A stretch of DNA of 29,134 nt. Source: Candidatus Roizmanbacteria bacterium CG_4_9_14_0_8_um_filter_34_12 (GTDB lineage Bacteria > Patescibacteriota > Microgenomatia > UBA1406 > GWC2-37-13). Under the pieces are notes generated by a model. That model was not told the origin of the DNA, did no database searches, and worked only from the letters and a program-made list of their open reading frames with translations. The stretch covers positions 1-29,134 of the forward strand of contig PFTH01000074.1 in assembly GCA_002789465.1 (NCBI GenBank), given 5' to 3'. A program made the position numbers and the translations under genes. Within the stretch, counting starts at the first letter, position 1, and every line of letters begins with the position of its first letter. Shown one piece after another: positions 16,505 to 25,077 of this stretch.

Positions 16505-17632
16505 ATGAAAATTGTACTGATCGGAATTCAAGGTTCTGGCAAGTCAACGCAAGGGAATTTACTCTCAAAACAGCTTAATATTCCATATCTATCAACCGGA
16601 CATATTTTTCGTGAAATCGCAAAAGAAAAAACACAACTAGGACGCTACGTCAAAGAAACAATTAATAGTGGGATATTAATTCCTGATGATAAAACGATTA
16701 AAATAGTTAACGAATACCTTAGTCGTAATGAATATAAAAAAGGATATATTCTTGATGGTTTTCCTCGTACGATGGAACAGGCACATGCTTTTCGCAATCA
16801 TGTTGATAAAGTCATTTACTTACAGATTACAGATAAGGAGGCGTTATGGCGTATTGCTCATCGAGACGATATAGCTCGTGCAGACGAAACTCTACCCGCA
16901 TTAAAAAAAAGAATTGAGTTATTCCATAAATTTACCAAACCAGTATTAGATTATTATCGTACAAAGGGAAAACTTGAAGATATTGACGCAACTCAATCAA
17001 TTAAAGAAGTAAATGAAAGCATTTTAAAAACAATCGGTAAACAGCTAGTCAAAAATCAGATTATTAGTTGGGAACTAAAACAAAAAACAATTATCGCAAT
17101 TGTTGGATTACCAGGATCTGGAAAAACCGTAGCAGCTGATTTCTTTCAAAAAAAGGGTTTAGTCGTAATTTCTTTTGGGAAAGCAATTAATGATTATATT
17201 GATCAAAAAAAACTAGAGCACTCAGAAAAAAATCATAAACAAGTGCGTGAAGGGCTGCGTTTAAAATATGGGAAAGAAGCTCTGGCAATTTTAAATGAAA
17301 AGAAAATTAGTCAGTTACTAAAAAAAGAAAAAATTTTAATCATTGACGGAATGCGTTCTTGGGAAGAGTACGAATATTTAATGAATAGGTTTCCTAGAGT
17401 TAGAATAGTGATTGTTGCGTTATTTGCTGACAAATTAACTAGGTATTATCGAATTTCACATCGTAAAGATCGTGCCCGTTTATTTGGAGCACAAAGAGAC
17501 TTGGATGAATTATTTGGAACTAATATGGGGCCAACGATTGCATATGCTGATCATTTAGTAAAGAATAATTTTTCTATTGAAGATTTTTTTGATAAATTGG
17601 AGATAATCTACCGAACGATATATTTTTCATAA
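16505..17632 (+). CDS. adk: Adenylate kinase fused to a second P-loop NMP-kinase domain (UPF0200/dephospho-CoA-kinase-like)
   Basis: Domain 1: GIQGSGKSTQ, STGHIFR, GILIPD, LDGFPRT, short LID. Domain 2 from about aa 195: GLPGSGKT, IIDGMRSWEE, RDLDEL, ADHLVKN. Confidence 0.88.
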   Translation: MKIVLIGIQGSGKSTQGNLLSKQLNIPYLSTGHIFREIAKEKTQLGRYVKETINSGILIPDDKTIKIVNEYLSRNEYKKGYILDGFPRTMEQAHAFRNHVDKVIYLQITDKEALWRIAHRDDIARADETLPALKKRIELFHKFTKPVLDYYRTKGKLEDIDATQSIKEVNESILKTIGKQLVKNQIISWELKQKTIIAIVGLPGSGKTVAADFFQKKGLVVISFGKAINDYIDQKKLEHSEKNHKQVREGLRLKYGKEALAILNEKKISQLLKKEKILIIDGMRSWEEYEYLMNRFPRVRIVIVALFADKLTRYYRISHRKDRARLFGAQRDLDELFGTNMGPTIAYADHLVKNNFSIEDFFDKLEIIYRTIYFS

Positions 17633-17635
17633 CAT

Positions 17636-18385
17636 ATGATAAACATAAAAACTACGATTGAGATTGAAAAGATGAAAGAAGGAGGATTGCTATTGCAAAA
17701 AGCAATGAAAGATTTATTACCATTTGTTAGAGTAGGTGTAACAACAAAAGAGATAGATCAAAAAGCTGAGCAGTTAATTCGAAGTTTAGGGGCACTTCCA
17801 TCATTTAACACAGTAAAAGGTTATAAATGGACGACGTGTTTACCGATAAATGAACAAATTGTTCACACAAAACCATCACAACGTGTTTTAAATGACGGAG
17901 ACGTTTTAACAATTGATATTGGTTGTTTATATAAAGGTTATCATACTGATTATGCGACTAGTTTTATCGTTGGCCAACCAAAATCAGTCAAAGATCAAGA
18001 GTTTCTTCAACAAGGAAGGGAAACGCTTAATTTAGCGATTAAGGCATTAAAAAATGGGAGTCGTTTAGGAGAAGTTTCAAAAATAATTTCGGATAATCTT
18101 AATAAATATAAATTAAGTGTAGTTAAAGAATTAACTGGCCATGGAATTGGGAGACAATTACACGAAGATCCATTTATTCCCGGATGGTGTGATAAACCAA
18201 TTGAAGAAACGATTATTGTTCGACCTGGCTTAGTGGTTGCGATTGAAGTAATTTATGCACATGGAAATGGAAAGATGAAATATGAAGAGGATAACTGGTC
18301 AATTGCGACGGCCGATCATAGTCTTTCAGCCTGTTTTGAACACACTGTGGCTGTTTATGAAAATAGCGCTTTGATTTTAACATAA
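17636..18385 (+). CDS. map: Methionine aminopeptidase type I
   Basis: INEQIVHTKP, TIDIG, D.ATS, GHGIGRQLHEDP, AIEV, ACFEHTV. Confidence 0.97.
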   Translation: MINIKTTIEIEKMKEGGLLLQKAMKDLLPFVRVGVTTKEIDQKAEQLIRSLGALPSFNTVKGYKWTTCLPINEQIVHTKPSQRVLNDGDVLTIDIGCLYKGYHTDYATSFIVGQPKSVKDQEFLQQGRETLNLAIKALKNGSRLGEVSKIISDNLNKYKLSVVKELTGHGIGRQLHEDPFIPGWCDKPIEETIIVRPGLVVAIEVIYAHGNGKMKYEEDNWSIATADHSLSACFEHTVAVYENSALILT

Positions 18386-18407
18386 TTACTGGTAAAATAG
18401 GAGTTTC

Positions 18408-18623
18408 ATGAAAACAAATGTGATTTTGGTTGAGGGTGAGGTGATTGAGAACTTGCCTAATACCTTATTCAAAGTCAAGCTGGCAAATTCGGAAAAGGTT
18501 ATATTGACCTATTTATCTGGAAAAATGAGAAAAAATTATATTAAGATTTTACCAGGTGACCAAGTTCAAATAGAACTAACCCCTTACGATCTTAATCGGG
18601 GTAGAATTATTTATCGAAGATAA
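18408..18623 (+). CDS. infA: Translation initiation factor IF-1
   Basis: [38 protein letters not shown]. Confidence 0.98.
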   Translation: MKTNVILVEGEVIENLPNTLFKVKLANSEKVILTYLSGKMRKNYIKILPGDQVQIELTPYDLNRGRIIYRR

Positions 18624-18625
18624 CT

Positions 18626-18739
18626 ATGAAAGTACAAGCATCAGTAAAAAAAATTTGCGCAAAATGTAAAATTGTTAAACGTAAAGGTAACTTATATATT
18701 ATTTGTCCAAATCCTAAACATAAGCAGCGACAGGGATGA
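18626..18739 (+). CDS. rpmJ: 50S ribosomal protein L36 (zinc form), absent from the ORF track
   Basis: Manual translation [37 protein letters not shown]. Confidence 0.98.
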   Translation: MKVQASVKKICAKCKIVKRKGNLYIICPNPKHKQRQG

Positions 18740-18740
18740 A

Positions 18741-18775
18741 TAGAATTTAGAGTTTAGAATTCAGAATTTAGAATC
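18741..18775. repeat. Tandem heptamer array (TAGAATT)x5
   Basis: TAGAATT TAGAGTT TAGAATT CAGAATT TAGAATC. Confidence 0.85.
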
Positions 18776-18786
18776 ATAAAATAAAT

Positions 18787-19218
18787 ATGGTGAGAATATT
18801 GGGAATTACATTACCGGATGAAAGACGAATTGATTATGCTCTAACCCTCATTTACGGGATCGGTTGGAGTAACGGAAAAAAAATATTGCAGCAAGCAAGT
18901 GTAAAAGCTGAAACCAGAGTAAAAGCCTTAACAGAGGAAGAAATTAAAAAACTGACCAATATAATTGATAAAAATTACAAAACTGAGGGAGATTTGCGTG
19001 AGATAATAAACGAGAATATTAAGCGACTTAAAGAAATAGGATGTTACAAAGGAACAAGGCATATTAAAGGTTTACCAGTACATGGACAACGGACTAAAAG
19101 TAACGCTCGTACAAAACGTGGTAAGAGAAAGACAGTGGGAGCATTAAAGAAAGAAGTTTGGGCAAAGCTTGATCAAAATAAAACAGGAGCTGAAGCACCA
19201 CCGACAAAAACTAAATAA
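18787..19218 (+). CDS. rpsM: 30S ribosomal protein S13
   Basis: ALTLIYGIG, EGDLRE, GLPVHGQRTKSNART. Confidence 0.98.
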   Translation: MVRILGITLPDERRIDYALTLIYGIGWSNGKKILQQASVKAETRVKALTEEEIKKLTNIIDKNYKTEGDLREIINENIKRLKEIGCYKGTRHIKGLPVHGQRTKSNARTKRGKRKTVGALKKEVWAKLDQNKTGAEAPPTKTK

Positions 19219-19235
19219 TTTTTTCTAATGATAAT

Positions 19236-19610
19236 ATGAAAAAAAGTAAAAATAAAAGAATAATAAAAAATGGAAGAATTTATGTGGTTGCAACGTTTAA
19301 TAATACACTTATAACTATTACAGATGAAAAAGGAAAACCAATCGTTGTTAGTTCAGCAGGAATGTATGGATTTTCAGGAACGAGAAAGTCAACGCCACAT
19401 GCGGCTACAGTTGTTACAGAAACTGGATTAAAAAAGGCAATTGCAGAAAATGGCTTACAAGTTGTTGATGTTTTTGTCAAAGGGATTGGTCCAGGTCGTG
19501 AGGCTTCATTGCGTGCGATTAAAGCAGCCGAAGTTGAAGTTAATCGTTTGATTGATATAACGCCAATTCCACACAACGGAGTTAGACCACCAAAGGTTAG
19601 ACGAGTATAA
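19236..19610 (+). CDS. rpsK: 30S ribosomal protein S11
   Basis: ATFNNT, GTRKSTPHAA, KGIGPGRE, DITPIPHNGVRPPK. Confidence 0.98.
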   Translation: MKKSKNKRIIKNGRIYVVATFNNTLITITDEKGKPIVVSSAGMYGFSGTRKSTPHAATVVTETGLKKAIAENGLQVVDVFVKGIGPGREASLRAIKAAEVEVNRLIDITPIPHNGVRPPKVRRV

Positions 19611-19611
19611 A

Positions 19612-19625
19612 TAGAATTTAGAATT
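19612..19625. repeat. (TAGAATT)x2
   Basis: Two exact copies of the 18741 heptamer in the rpsK-rpsD spacer. Confidence 0.55.
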
Positions 19626-19634
19626 AACAAAATT

Positions 19635-20255
19635 ATGAGATACACGGGTCCAAAAAATCGAATTTCCAGACGCGAAGGTATTGATCTTGGATTGAAAACT
19701 CCAGGTTCAAAAGCCCAAGCATCATTGTTGAAAAAAATAAATATCTTACCTGGGCAACACGGAACAAAAGGTCGAAGAAAAGTCTCTGACCATGGAAAGC
19801 AACTACGAGAAAAACAAAAATTACGATTTTATTTTGGGCTTACCGAGAGTCAAATGAAAAATTATTTTAAGAAAGCTGTGCGGAAAACAGGGAACACGGG
19901 TTTATTTTTATGTCAAGCGTTAGAAAAAAGATTAGACAATATTGTTTATCGACTCGGAATGACACCAACTCGAGCATCTGCTCGACAATTGGTTACGCAT
20001 CATCATATTAAGGTTAATGGCAAATCCGTTGGTTCACCATCATATGTTGTTAAGATTGGTGATCAAATTGAATTTGCAAAAAATTCAACTACCAAAATTC
20101 CAGCGATTGAAAAAGCCGTGGGTAATAAAGATTTGATTTTACCAACATGGTTGTTACGTAAAGGAGCAGTTGGAAAGTTAAATGGGGAAACAACCAGTGA
20201 ATTAATTGAAAATCAATTTAATTTACGTTTAGTGATCGAATTTTATTCGCGTTAG
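19635..20255 (+). CDS. rpsD: 30S ribosomal protein S4 (no CxxC)
   Basis: MRYTGPK...RREG, QLREKQK, LEKRLDNIVYRLG, ARQLVTH. Confidence 0.98.
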   Translation: MRYTGPKNRISRREGIDLGLKTPGSKAQASLLKKINILPGQHGTKGRRKVSDHGKQLREKQKLRFYFGLTESQMKNYFKKAVRKTGNTGLFLCQALEKRLDNIVYRLGMTPTRASARQLVTHHHIKVNGKSVGSPSYVVKIGDQIEFAKNSTTKIPAIEKAVGNKDLILPTWLLRKGAVGKLNGETTSELIENQFNLRLVIEFYSR

Positions 20256-20298
20256 AGCATGTTTATTCCGACGTAACGTTGGGATTATTACATGCTCT
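20254..20298 (+). repeat. Long imperfect hairpin overlapping the rpsD stop
   Basis: AGAGCATGT/ACATGCTCT outer stem plus ATTCCGACG-taa-CGTTGGGAT inner stem (two G.U). Confidence 0.75.
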
Positions 20299-20332
20299 TA
20301 TGAAGTTGTTGTTATAATTTTTAAACAGCTTC
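20297..20332 (+). repeat. REP-like hairpin family A, copy 2
   Basis: CTTATGAAGTTGTT...AAACAGCTTC; 29/36 identical to 11570-11605. Confidence 0.7.
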
Positions 20333-20356
20333 TTAATTTATTAATTATATATTTTT

Positions 20357-21292
20357 ATGTTAAAACCTGAATTTCGTACTAAAAAAAGCCAAAACGGCAA
20401 TGTATCACAATTTGTAATTGGACCCTTACTTCCAAGTTTTGGTCAAACATTTGGAAATGCACTTCGCCGAACTTTATTATCATCAATAAAAGGTTCATCT
20501 GTAAGTTATGTAAAAATTAGTGGCGTTTCTCATCTTTTTACAACGATTAAAGGAATAAAAGAATCTGTTCTAGATTTGGTATTAAATCTTAAACAGCTGC
20601 GTTTTGAAGTTCCGGCAGATGGTAGTTATGAAGTGAGTATCGATTTAAAAGGTGCACAGATAATTAAGGGAAAAAATTTTAAAGGAGATCTATCTGTTGT
20701 TAACCCAGATATTTATATTGGAGAAATTACTGACGATAAAGGTAAGTTAGAAATTAGCTTATTGATTGAAACTGGCTACGGGTATATACCATCCGAAGAA
20801 AAAACTCCAAAAGCAGATTATATTGCAGTTGACTCTTTTTTTTCACCGATAAAAAATGTAAATTTTAAAGTTGAGGAAGCACGAGTGGGTAAGAAAAGTA
20901 ATTATGATCGCCTGATTTTGAGTGTTGAAACTGATGGAAGCGTTACAGCAGAAAAAGCAATAAAAGACGCAGCTTCGATTTTATCAGCACAATTTGCACA
21001 TTTATTATCAGGAGCTGATGATGTTCAAGAAGTTGACCTTGTTAAACAACAGGCAAAAGATAAAGAAGCGGTTGACAAAAAACTATATGAAATTATTATT
21101 GACGAATTAAATCTACCCTCCCGTGTTGTTAATGCTTTACTAAGAGAAAACATTGAGACTGTGGCTGACTTAGTAAAAACCGGACGAGAAAAACTAATTG
21201 GATTAAAGGGTTTAGGAAAAAAATCAATCATATTAATTGATGAAGAGTTAAGGAAAATTGGAGTTGAATTCACAAACGTACAAACTGTTTAG
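20357..21292 (+). CDS. rpoA: RNA polymerase alpha subunit
   Basis: GQTFGNALRRTLLSSIKG, HLFTTIKGIKESV, FFSPIKNV; alphaCTD IDELNLPSRVVNAL...GLGKKS. Confidence 0.98.
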   Translation: MLKPEFRTKKSQNGNVSQFVIGPLLPSFGQTFGNALRRTLLSSIKGSSVSYVKISGVSHLFTTIKGIKESVLDLVLNLKQLRFEVPADGSYEVSIDLKGAQIIKGKNFKGDLSVVNPDIYIGEITDDKGKLEISLLIETGYGYIPSEEKTPKADYIAVDSFFSPIKNVNFKVEEARVGKKSNYDRLILSVETDGSVTAEKAIKDAASILSAQFAHLLSGADDVQEVDLVKQQAKDKEAVDKKLYEIIIDELNLPSRVVNALLRENIETVADLVKTGREKLIGLKGLGKKSIILIDEELRKIGVEFTNVQTV

Positions 21293-21316
21293 TAATTGAA
21301 AAGAACTTAATAAAAA

Positions 21317-21748
21317 ATGAGAAAACCGAAATTCAAATTTGGACATGACGCAAATCGTTCTTTAATGAAGAAATCAGTATATAACTTTTTTCATTATGGA
21401 AAGATTACAACAACAAACGCAAAAGTTAAGCAGTTAAAACGTTTAATTGAAAAAGTCGTTGAAAAAACAAAAGTCGAAAACGAAGCAAATAAGAACATTT
21501 TATTGCGGTATTTTCACTCCGAAAAATTAGTTAAAAAAGTATATCAACAGGTGGGAAAAGTATTTCAAAAACGTCAGGGTGGTTATGTGTCTATAAATAA
21601 ACTTAATGAACGAATTTCTGATGGAGTGCAGATGGTTAGAATGCAGTGGGTTGAACCAATTGTTATTGACTTTAATGACGAAGTTAAAGCTGTCAAAATC
21701 GCGAAAAAAACAGAAACGGAAAAGGTTAAAAAGATAGAGAAAAAATAA
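21317..21748 (+). CDS. rplQ: 50S ribosomal protein L17
   Basis: GKITTTNAKVK, RQGGYVSI, R.SDG; position after rpoA. Confidence 0.92.
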   Translation: MRKPKFKFGHDANRSLMKKSVYNFFHYGKITTTNAKVKQLKRLIEKVVEKTKVENEANKNILLRYFHSEKLVKKVYQQVGKVFQKRQGGYVSINKLNERISDGVQMVRMQWVEPIVIDFNDEVKAVKIAKKTETEKVKKIEKK

Positions 21749-21752
21749 TATT

Positions 21753-22199
21753 ATGGTTAACTTAACTAAAACAACTAAATCAATATCTGTAGATGAAATT
21801 AAACGAAACTGGCATTTGATTAATCTTGAGGGTAAGATTCTTGGAAGAGCAGTCTCAGAAATTGCCAGGTTGTTACAAGGCAAGCATAAAACAAATTATA
21901 CTACGAATTTAGATATGGGAGATAATGTTGTGATAATAAATGCAGGAAAGGTTGTTATCACAGGAAAAAAAGCCAAGCAAAAACAGTATACGTTTTTTTC
22001 CGGATATCCGGGAGGATTGCGTCGAACTAATTATGAAAGACTTTTGAAAAGAAATCCTGATGCATTAATACGACATGCAGTGACCGGAATGTTACCAAAA
22101 AATAAATTAAGAAAGCGAAGATTAGCAAGATTATTCGTTTTTAATGATGCAAGTCATACATATTCAAATCAACTACTTAAAGAATATAAATTATTATAA
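21753..22199 (+). CDS. rplM: 50S ribosomal protein L13
   Basis: WHLINLEGKILGR, DMGDNVVIINA, SGYPGG, GMLPKNKL. Confidence 0.98.
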   Translation: MVNLTKTTKSISVDEIKRNWHLINLEGKILGRAVSEIARLLQGKHKTNYTTNLDMGDNVVIINAGKVVITGKKAKQKQYTFFSGYPGGLRRTNYERLLKRNPDALIRHAVTGMLPKNKLRKRRLARLFVFNDASHTYSNQLLKEYKLL

Positions 22200-22210
22200 A
22201 TTATCAACTT

Positions 22211-22675
22211 ATGGCAACCACAACTAAAAAAACTAAGGCACTGGAATATTATCAAGCAGTTGGTAGACGGAAAGAGTCTGTTGCTTCAGTGCGTTTATGT
22301 ATTGTTGGAAAAGAGGGTTCGATCACAAAACAAGGTATTAAAATGAAAAAGGGAGAAATATATGTTGGTAAAAAATTAATTACAGAAGTATTTCCAAATT
22401 TAGTTGATCGCGCCCGTTATCTCCAACCCTTAAAAATGACAAACTGTGAAGATCGTTTTATCGTTACAATTAATGTTAGAGGTGGTGGGAAAAAAGGTCA
22501 AATTGAAGCCATTATTCATGCTTTTGCTCGTGCATTGGATAAGGTTGATAAAGTTGCTTATCATTCACTTTTGAAAAAGCAAAAAATGTTCACTCGCGAT
22601 GCTCGTACTCGCGAACGTCGAAAAGTGGGAACTGGTGGCAAAGCCCGTCGTGTCAAACAATCTCCAAAGCGATAA
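22211..22675 (+). CDS. rpsI: 30S ribosomal protein S9
   Basis: AVGRRKESVASV, VRGGGKKGQ, TRDARTRERRK, KARRVKQSPKR. Confidence 0.98.
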   Translation: MATTTKKTKALEYYQAVGRRKESVASVRLCIVGKEGSITKQGIKMKKGEIYVGKKLITEVFPNLVDRARYLQPLKMTNCEDRFIVTINVRGGGKKGQIEAIIHAFARALDKVDKVAYHSLLKKQKMFTRDARTRERRKVGTGGKARRVKQSPKR

Positions 22676-22683
22676 GTTTCTTA

Positions 22684-22692
22684 TGCTATAAT
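22684..22692 (+). promoter_or_regulatory. Extended -10 promoter TGcTATAAT, 8 nt before the GT2 ATG
   Basis: Perfect TGnTATAAT at 22684-22692; ATG at 22701. Confidence 0.6.
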
Positions 22693-22700
22693 TTAGCCAT

Positions 22701-23549
22701 ATGGTTGATCTTTCTGTCATTGTCGTCTCTTTCAATACTAAAGCTTTGACGAAACAGTGTTTAGAGTCGCTTTTAAAGAATCTTCGTAATTATTCATCAA
22801 ACATAATCTACGAACTCATTGTTGTTGATAATGGTTCAGTTGATGGCTCGGTTGATTTGATAGAAAAACTTAAAATTAAAGATATTCATAATAATCTCAA
22901 AATTAAGTTTATTAAAAACAAGCACAATATTGGCTTTGGTAAAGCAAATAATCAAGCCCTAACTGTGGTATCTGGCAAATATGTTTTATTTTTAAATTCA
23001 GATGTAATTTGTCAAAATGTAAATTTCCCGGAATTACTGAGATATTTAGATCAAAATCAAAAAGTTGGAGCATTGACAGTTGATGTTCGTCTTGGAAACG
23101 GACATATGGATCCAGCTTGTCATCGTGGATTTCCAAATATCTGGAACTCATTTTGTTACTTTTTAAAACTAGAAAAACTAGGAGGTATTTTTGGAGGTTA
23201 TCATATGATCGGTAAAGATTTAAAGAAAATTCATAAAATTGGTTCTGGAAGCGGAGCATTCTTTTTAACAAGAAAAGATCTGATGGATAAATTAAATGGT
23301 TTTGATGAATTATTCTTTATGTATGGAGAAGATTTGGATTTGTCATTTCGAATAAAGCAAGTAGGTTATGACTTTATTTTTTATCCAAAATATCAAGTGT
23401 TACATTTAAAGCATCAAAGTGGCTTTCGTAAGCCGGCATTTTTTGAGGCGATGTTGATATTCTATAAAAAAAATTATGCCAAAAACAACTCTCCAATAAT
23501 TAACTGGTTTGTTTATTTAATCATTGATTTGAAAAAGAAACTATCATGA
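22701..23549 (+). CDS. GT2 family glycosyltransferase (WbbL/GT2-like)
   Basis: LSVIVVSFN, VVDNGSVDGS, NIGFGKANNQ, LFLNSD, FFMYGEDLDL. Confidence 0.93.
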   Translation: MVDLSVIVVSFNTKALTKQCLESLLKNLRNYSSNIIYELIVVDNGSVDGSVDLIEKLKIKDIHNNLKIKFIKNKHNIGFGKANNQALTVVSGKYVLFLNSDVICQNVNFPELLRYLDQNQKVGALTVDVRLGNGHMDPACHRGFPNIWNSFCYFLKLEKLGGIFGGYHMIGKDLKKIHKIGSGSGAFFLTRKDLMDKLNGFDELFFMYGEDLDLSFRIKQVGYDFIFYPKYQVLHLKHQSGFRKPAFFEAMLIFYKKNYAKNNSPIINWFVYLIIDLKKKLS

Positions 23550-24649
23550 AAAAAATCGGAATTGACGCTCGTTTATATTATCAAACCGGTGTGGGTGTGT
23601 ATCTTCGTAATTTGATTTCAGAAATTGGCCATCTCGATAAAGAGAATCAATATTATTTATATATCCGGCCTCAAGATAAAAAAAAGATAGAATTTCCCGA
23701 TAATTTTATAATTCGTTATACAAACGCTCCTTGGCATAGCTTTGCTGAGCAGTGGCAGTTTTATTGGCAGTTAATGTCAGATCGCTTAGATTTAATGCAT
23801 TTTACATATTTTAGTTATCCGATTCTGTACAAAAAACCATATATTGCAACAGTGCACGATATAACACCCTTGTTATTTAAAACCGGAAAAGCTTCCACGA
23901 AAAACCCTATAATTTATTGGATCAAACACAAAGTATTTTGTTACGTACTTAAGTCGCAAATATATAACTCTGAACATGTAATTACTCCAACCATTGCAGT
24001 AAAAGATCAAATCTTATCAATATATAAAAATATTAAGAATGAAGAAATTACATCTATTTACGAAGGAATTAACCAAGAACTACTATTTTGTAAAACTGAC
24101 GCAAAACAACAAGATAATCCACTGTTTCAGGGCAAATTTATGATTTATGTAGGTAATTTTTATCCTCATAAAAATGTAGAAAATTTAATAAGAGCTTTTT
24201 CAATCGTAAAGACGCAAGTTAAACTATTATTGATAGGTCCTCACGATCATTTTTCCAATCGAATTTTGAACTTAATTAAAGCAAAGAATCAAGAAGATAG
24301 AATCAAACTTTTTGATAACGCGACTATACAAGATTTGACGTTTGCCTATAAAAACGCAGTTGCACTAATTCATCCATCGCACTCGGAAGGATTTGGTTTA
24401 CCTATTGTTGAAGCAATGCATTTCGATTTGCCAATTATTGCCAGTAATATTCCTGTTTTTCAGGAATTAATGGAAAATCAAAATATATCTTTTGATCCAA
24501 ACAATATTAATGAAATGGCAGAGAAAATAAGTGAATTTATCAAGCAAGATAAGCAAAAAATAAAATATAATAACATGATCCGCTTTTCATTTTTGGAAAT
24601 GGCAAAAAAAACTCTGGTAATTTACAAAAAAATTCTGTATATTAATTAA
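23546..24649 (+). CDS. GT4 (GT-B) glycosyltransferase
   Basis: IGIDAR..TGVGVY, TVHD, YVGNFYPHKN, PSHSEGFGLPIVEAM...IIASNIPVFQE. Confidence 0.94.
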   Translation: MKKIGIDARLYYQTGVGVYLRNLISEIGHLDKENQYYLYIRPQDKKKIEFPDNFIIRYTNAPWHSFAEQWQFYWQLMSDRLDLMHFTYFSYPILYKKPYIATVHDITPLLFKTGKASTKNPIIYWIKHKVFCYVLKSQIYNSEHVITPTIAVKDQILSIYKNIKNEEITSIYEGINQELLFCKTDAKQQDNPLFQGKFMIYVGNFYPHKNVENLIRAFSIVKTQVKLLLIGPHDHFSNRILNLIKAKNQEDRIKLFDNATIQDLTFAYKNAVALIHPSHSEGFGLPIVEAMHFDLPIIASNIPVFQELMENQNISFDPNNINEMAEKISEFIKQDKQKIKYNNMIRFSFLEMAKKTLVIYKKILYIN

Positions 24650-24651
24650 CT

Positions 24652-25077
24652 ATGAACAATAATGATTCTTCCACAAACCAATCTACCATGACAATGGTAG
24701 AGCTAACAACAATTATAAAACGATATCTGGCAGATCTCAATAAGCTAAAAGAAGATATGAAGATGCAGAAACAAATGTATAATGAGGCGTTTAGTAACGA
24801 CGCAACATATTCTCAACAAAATGATAAAGTAAAAAAACTTAATCGAGAGACAGCAGTAATTAAAGAAAGAATAGTTAAACAACCAGCGATAGAACTACTT
24901 GTTACGAAAATCAAACAAATTAGAGATGAGATTAAAGTTTCTCAAGAAGCATTATCAGATTACCTGCGCGAATATCAAAAAGTGAGTAATGCAACAACGA
25001 TTGAAGATGACAAGGGAGAAGTTTTACAGATCATTCCAAGCTATCGATTAGTCAGGAAAAATAAATTTAATCCATGA
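24652..25077 (+). CDS. Hypothetical alpha-helical/coiled-coil protein
   Basis: 141 aa, charged heptad-like pattern, tight spacing with both neighbours (2-nt gap, ATGA overlap); no motif recognised. Confidence 0.75.
   Translation: MNNNDSSTNQSTMTMVELTTIIKRYLADLNKLKEDMKMQKQMYNEAFSNDATYSQQNDKVKKLNRETAVIKERIVKQPAIELLVTKIKQIRDEIKVSQEALSDYLREYQKVSNATTIEDDKGEVLQIIPSYRLVRKNKFNP

Noticed and set aside
18741-18775. Possible CRISPR array or iteron interpretation of the tandem repeats
   Set aside because: The units are 7-9 nt with no unique spacers, and no cas or rep gene is present in the window
4756-21883. Many antisense or alternative-frame ORFs of 60-145 aa (e.g. 5058-5495, 8311-8715, 9977-10345, 19280-19645, 21527-21883)
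   Set aside because: They lie wholly opposite highly conserved genes, have no recognisable motifs and are typical shadow ORFs
21753-22675. rplM-rpsI appended after rplQ
   Set aside because: Proximity of rplM-rpsI to the alpha operon is common in many bacteria and is not novel
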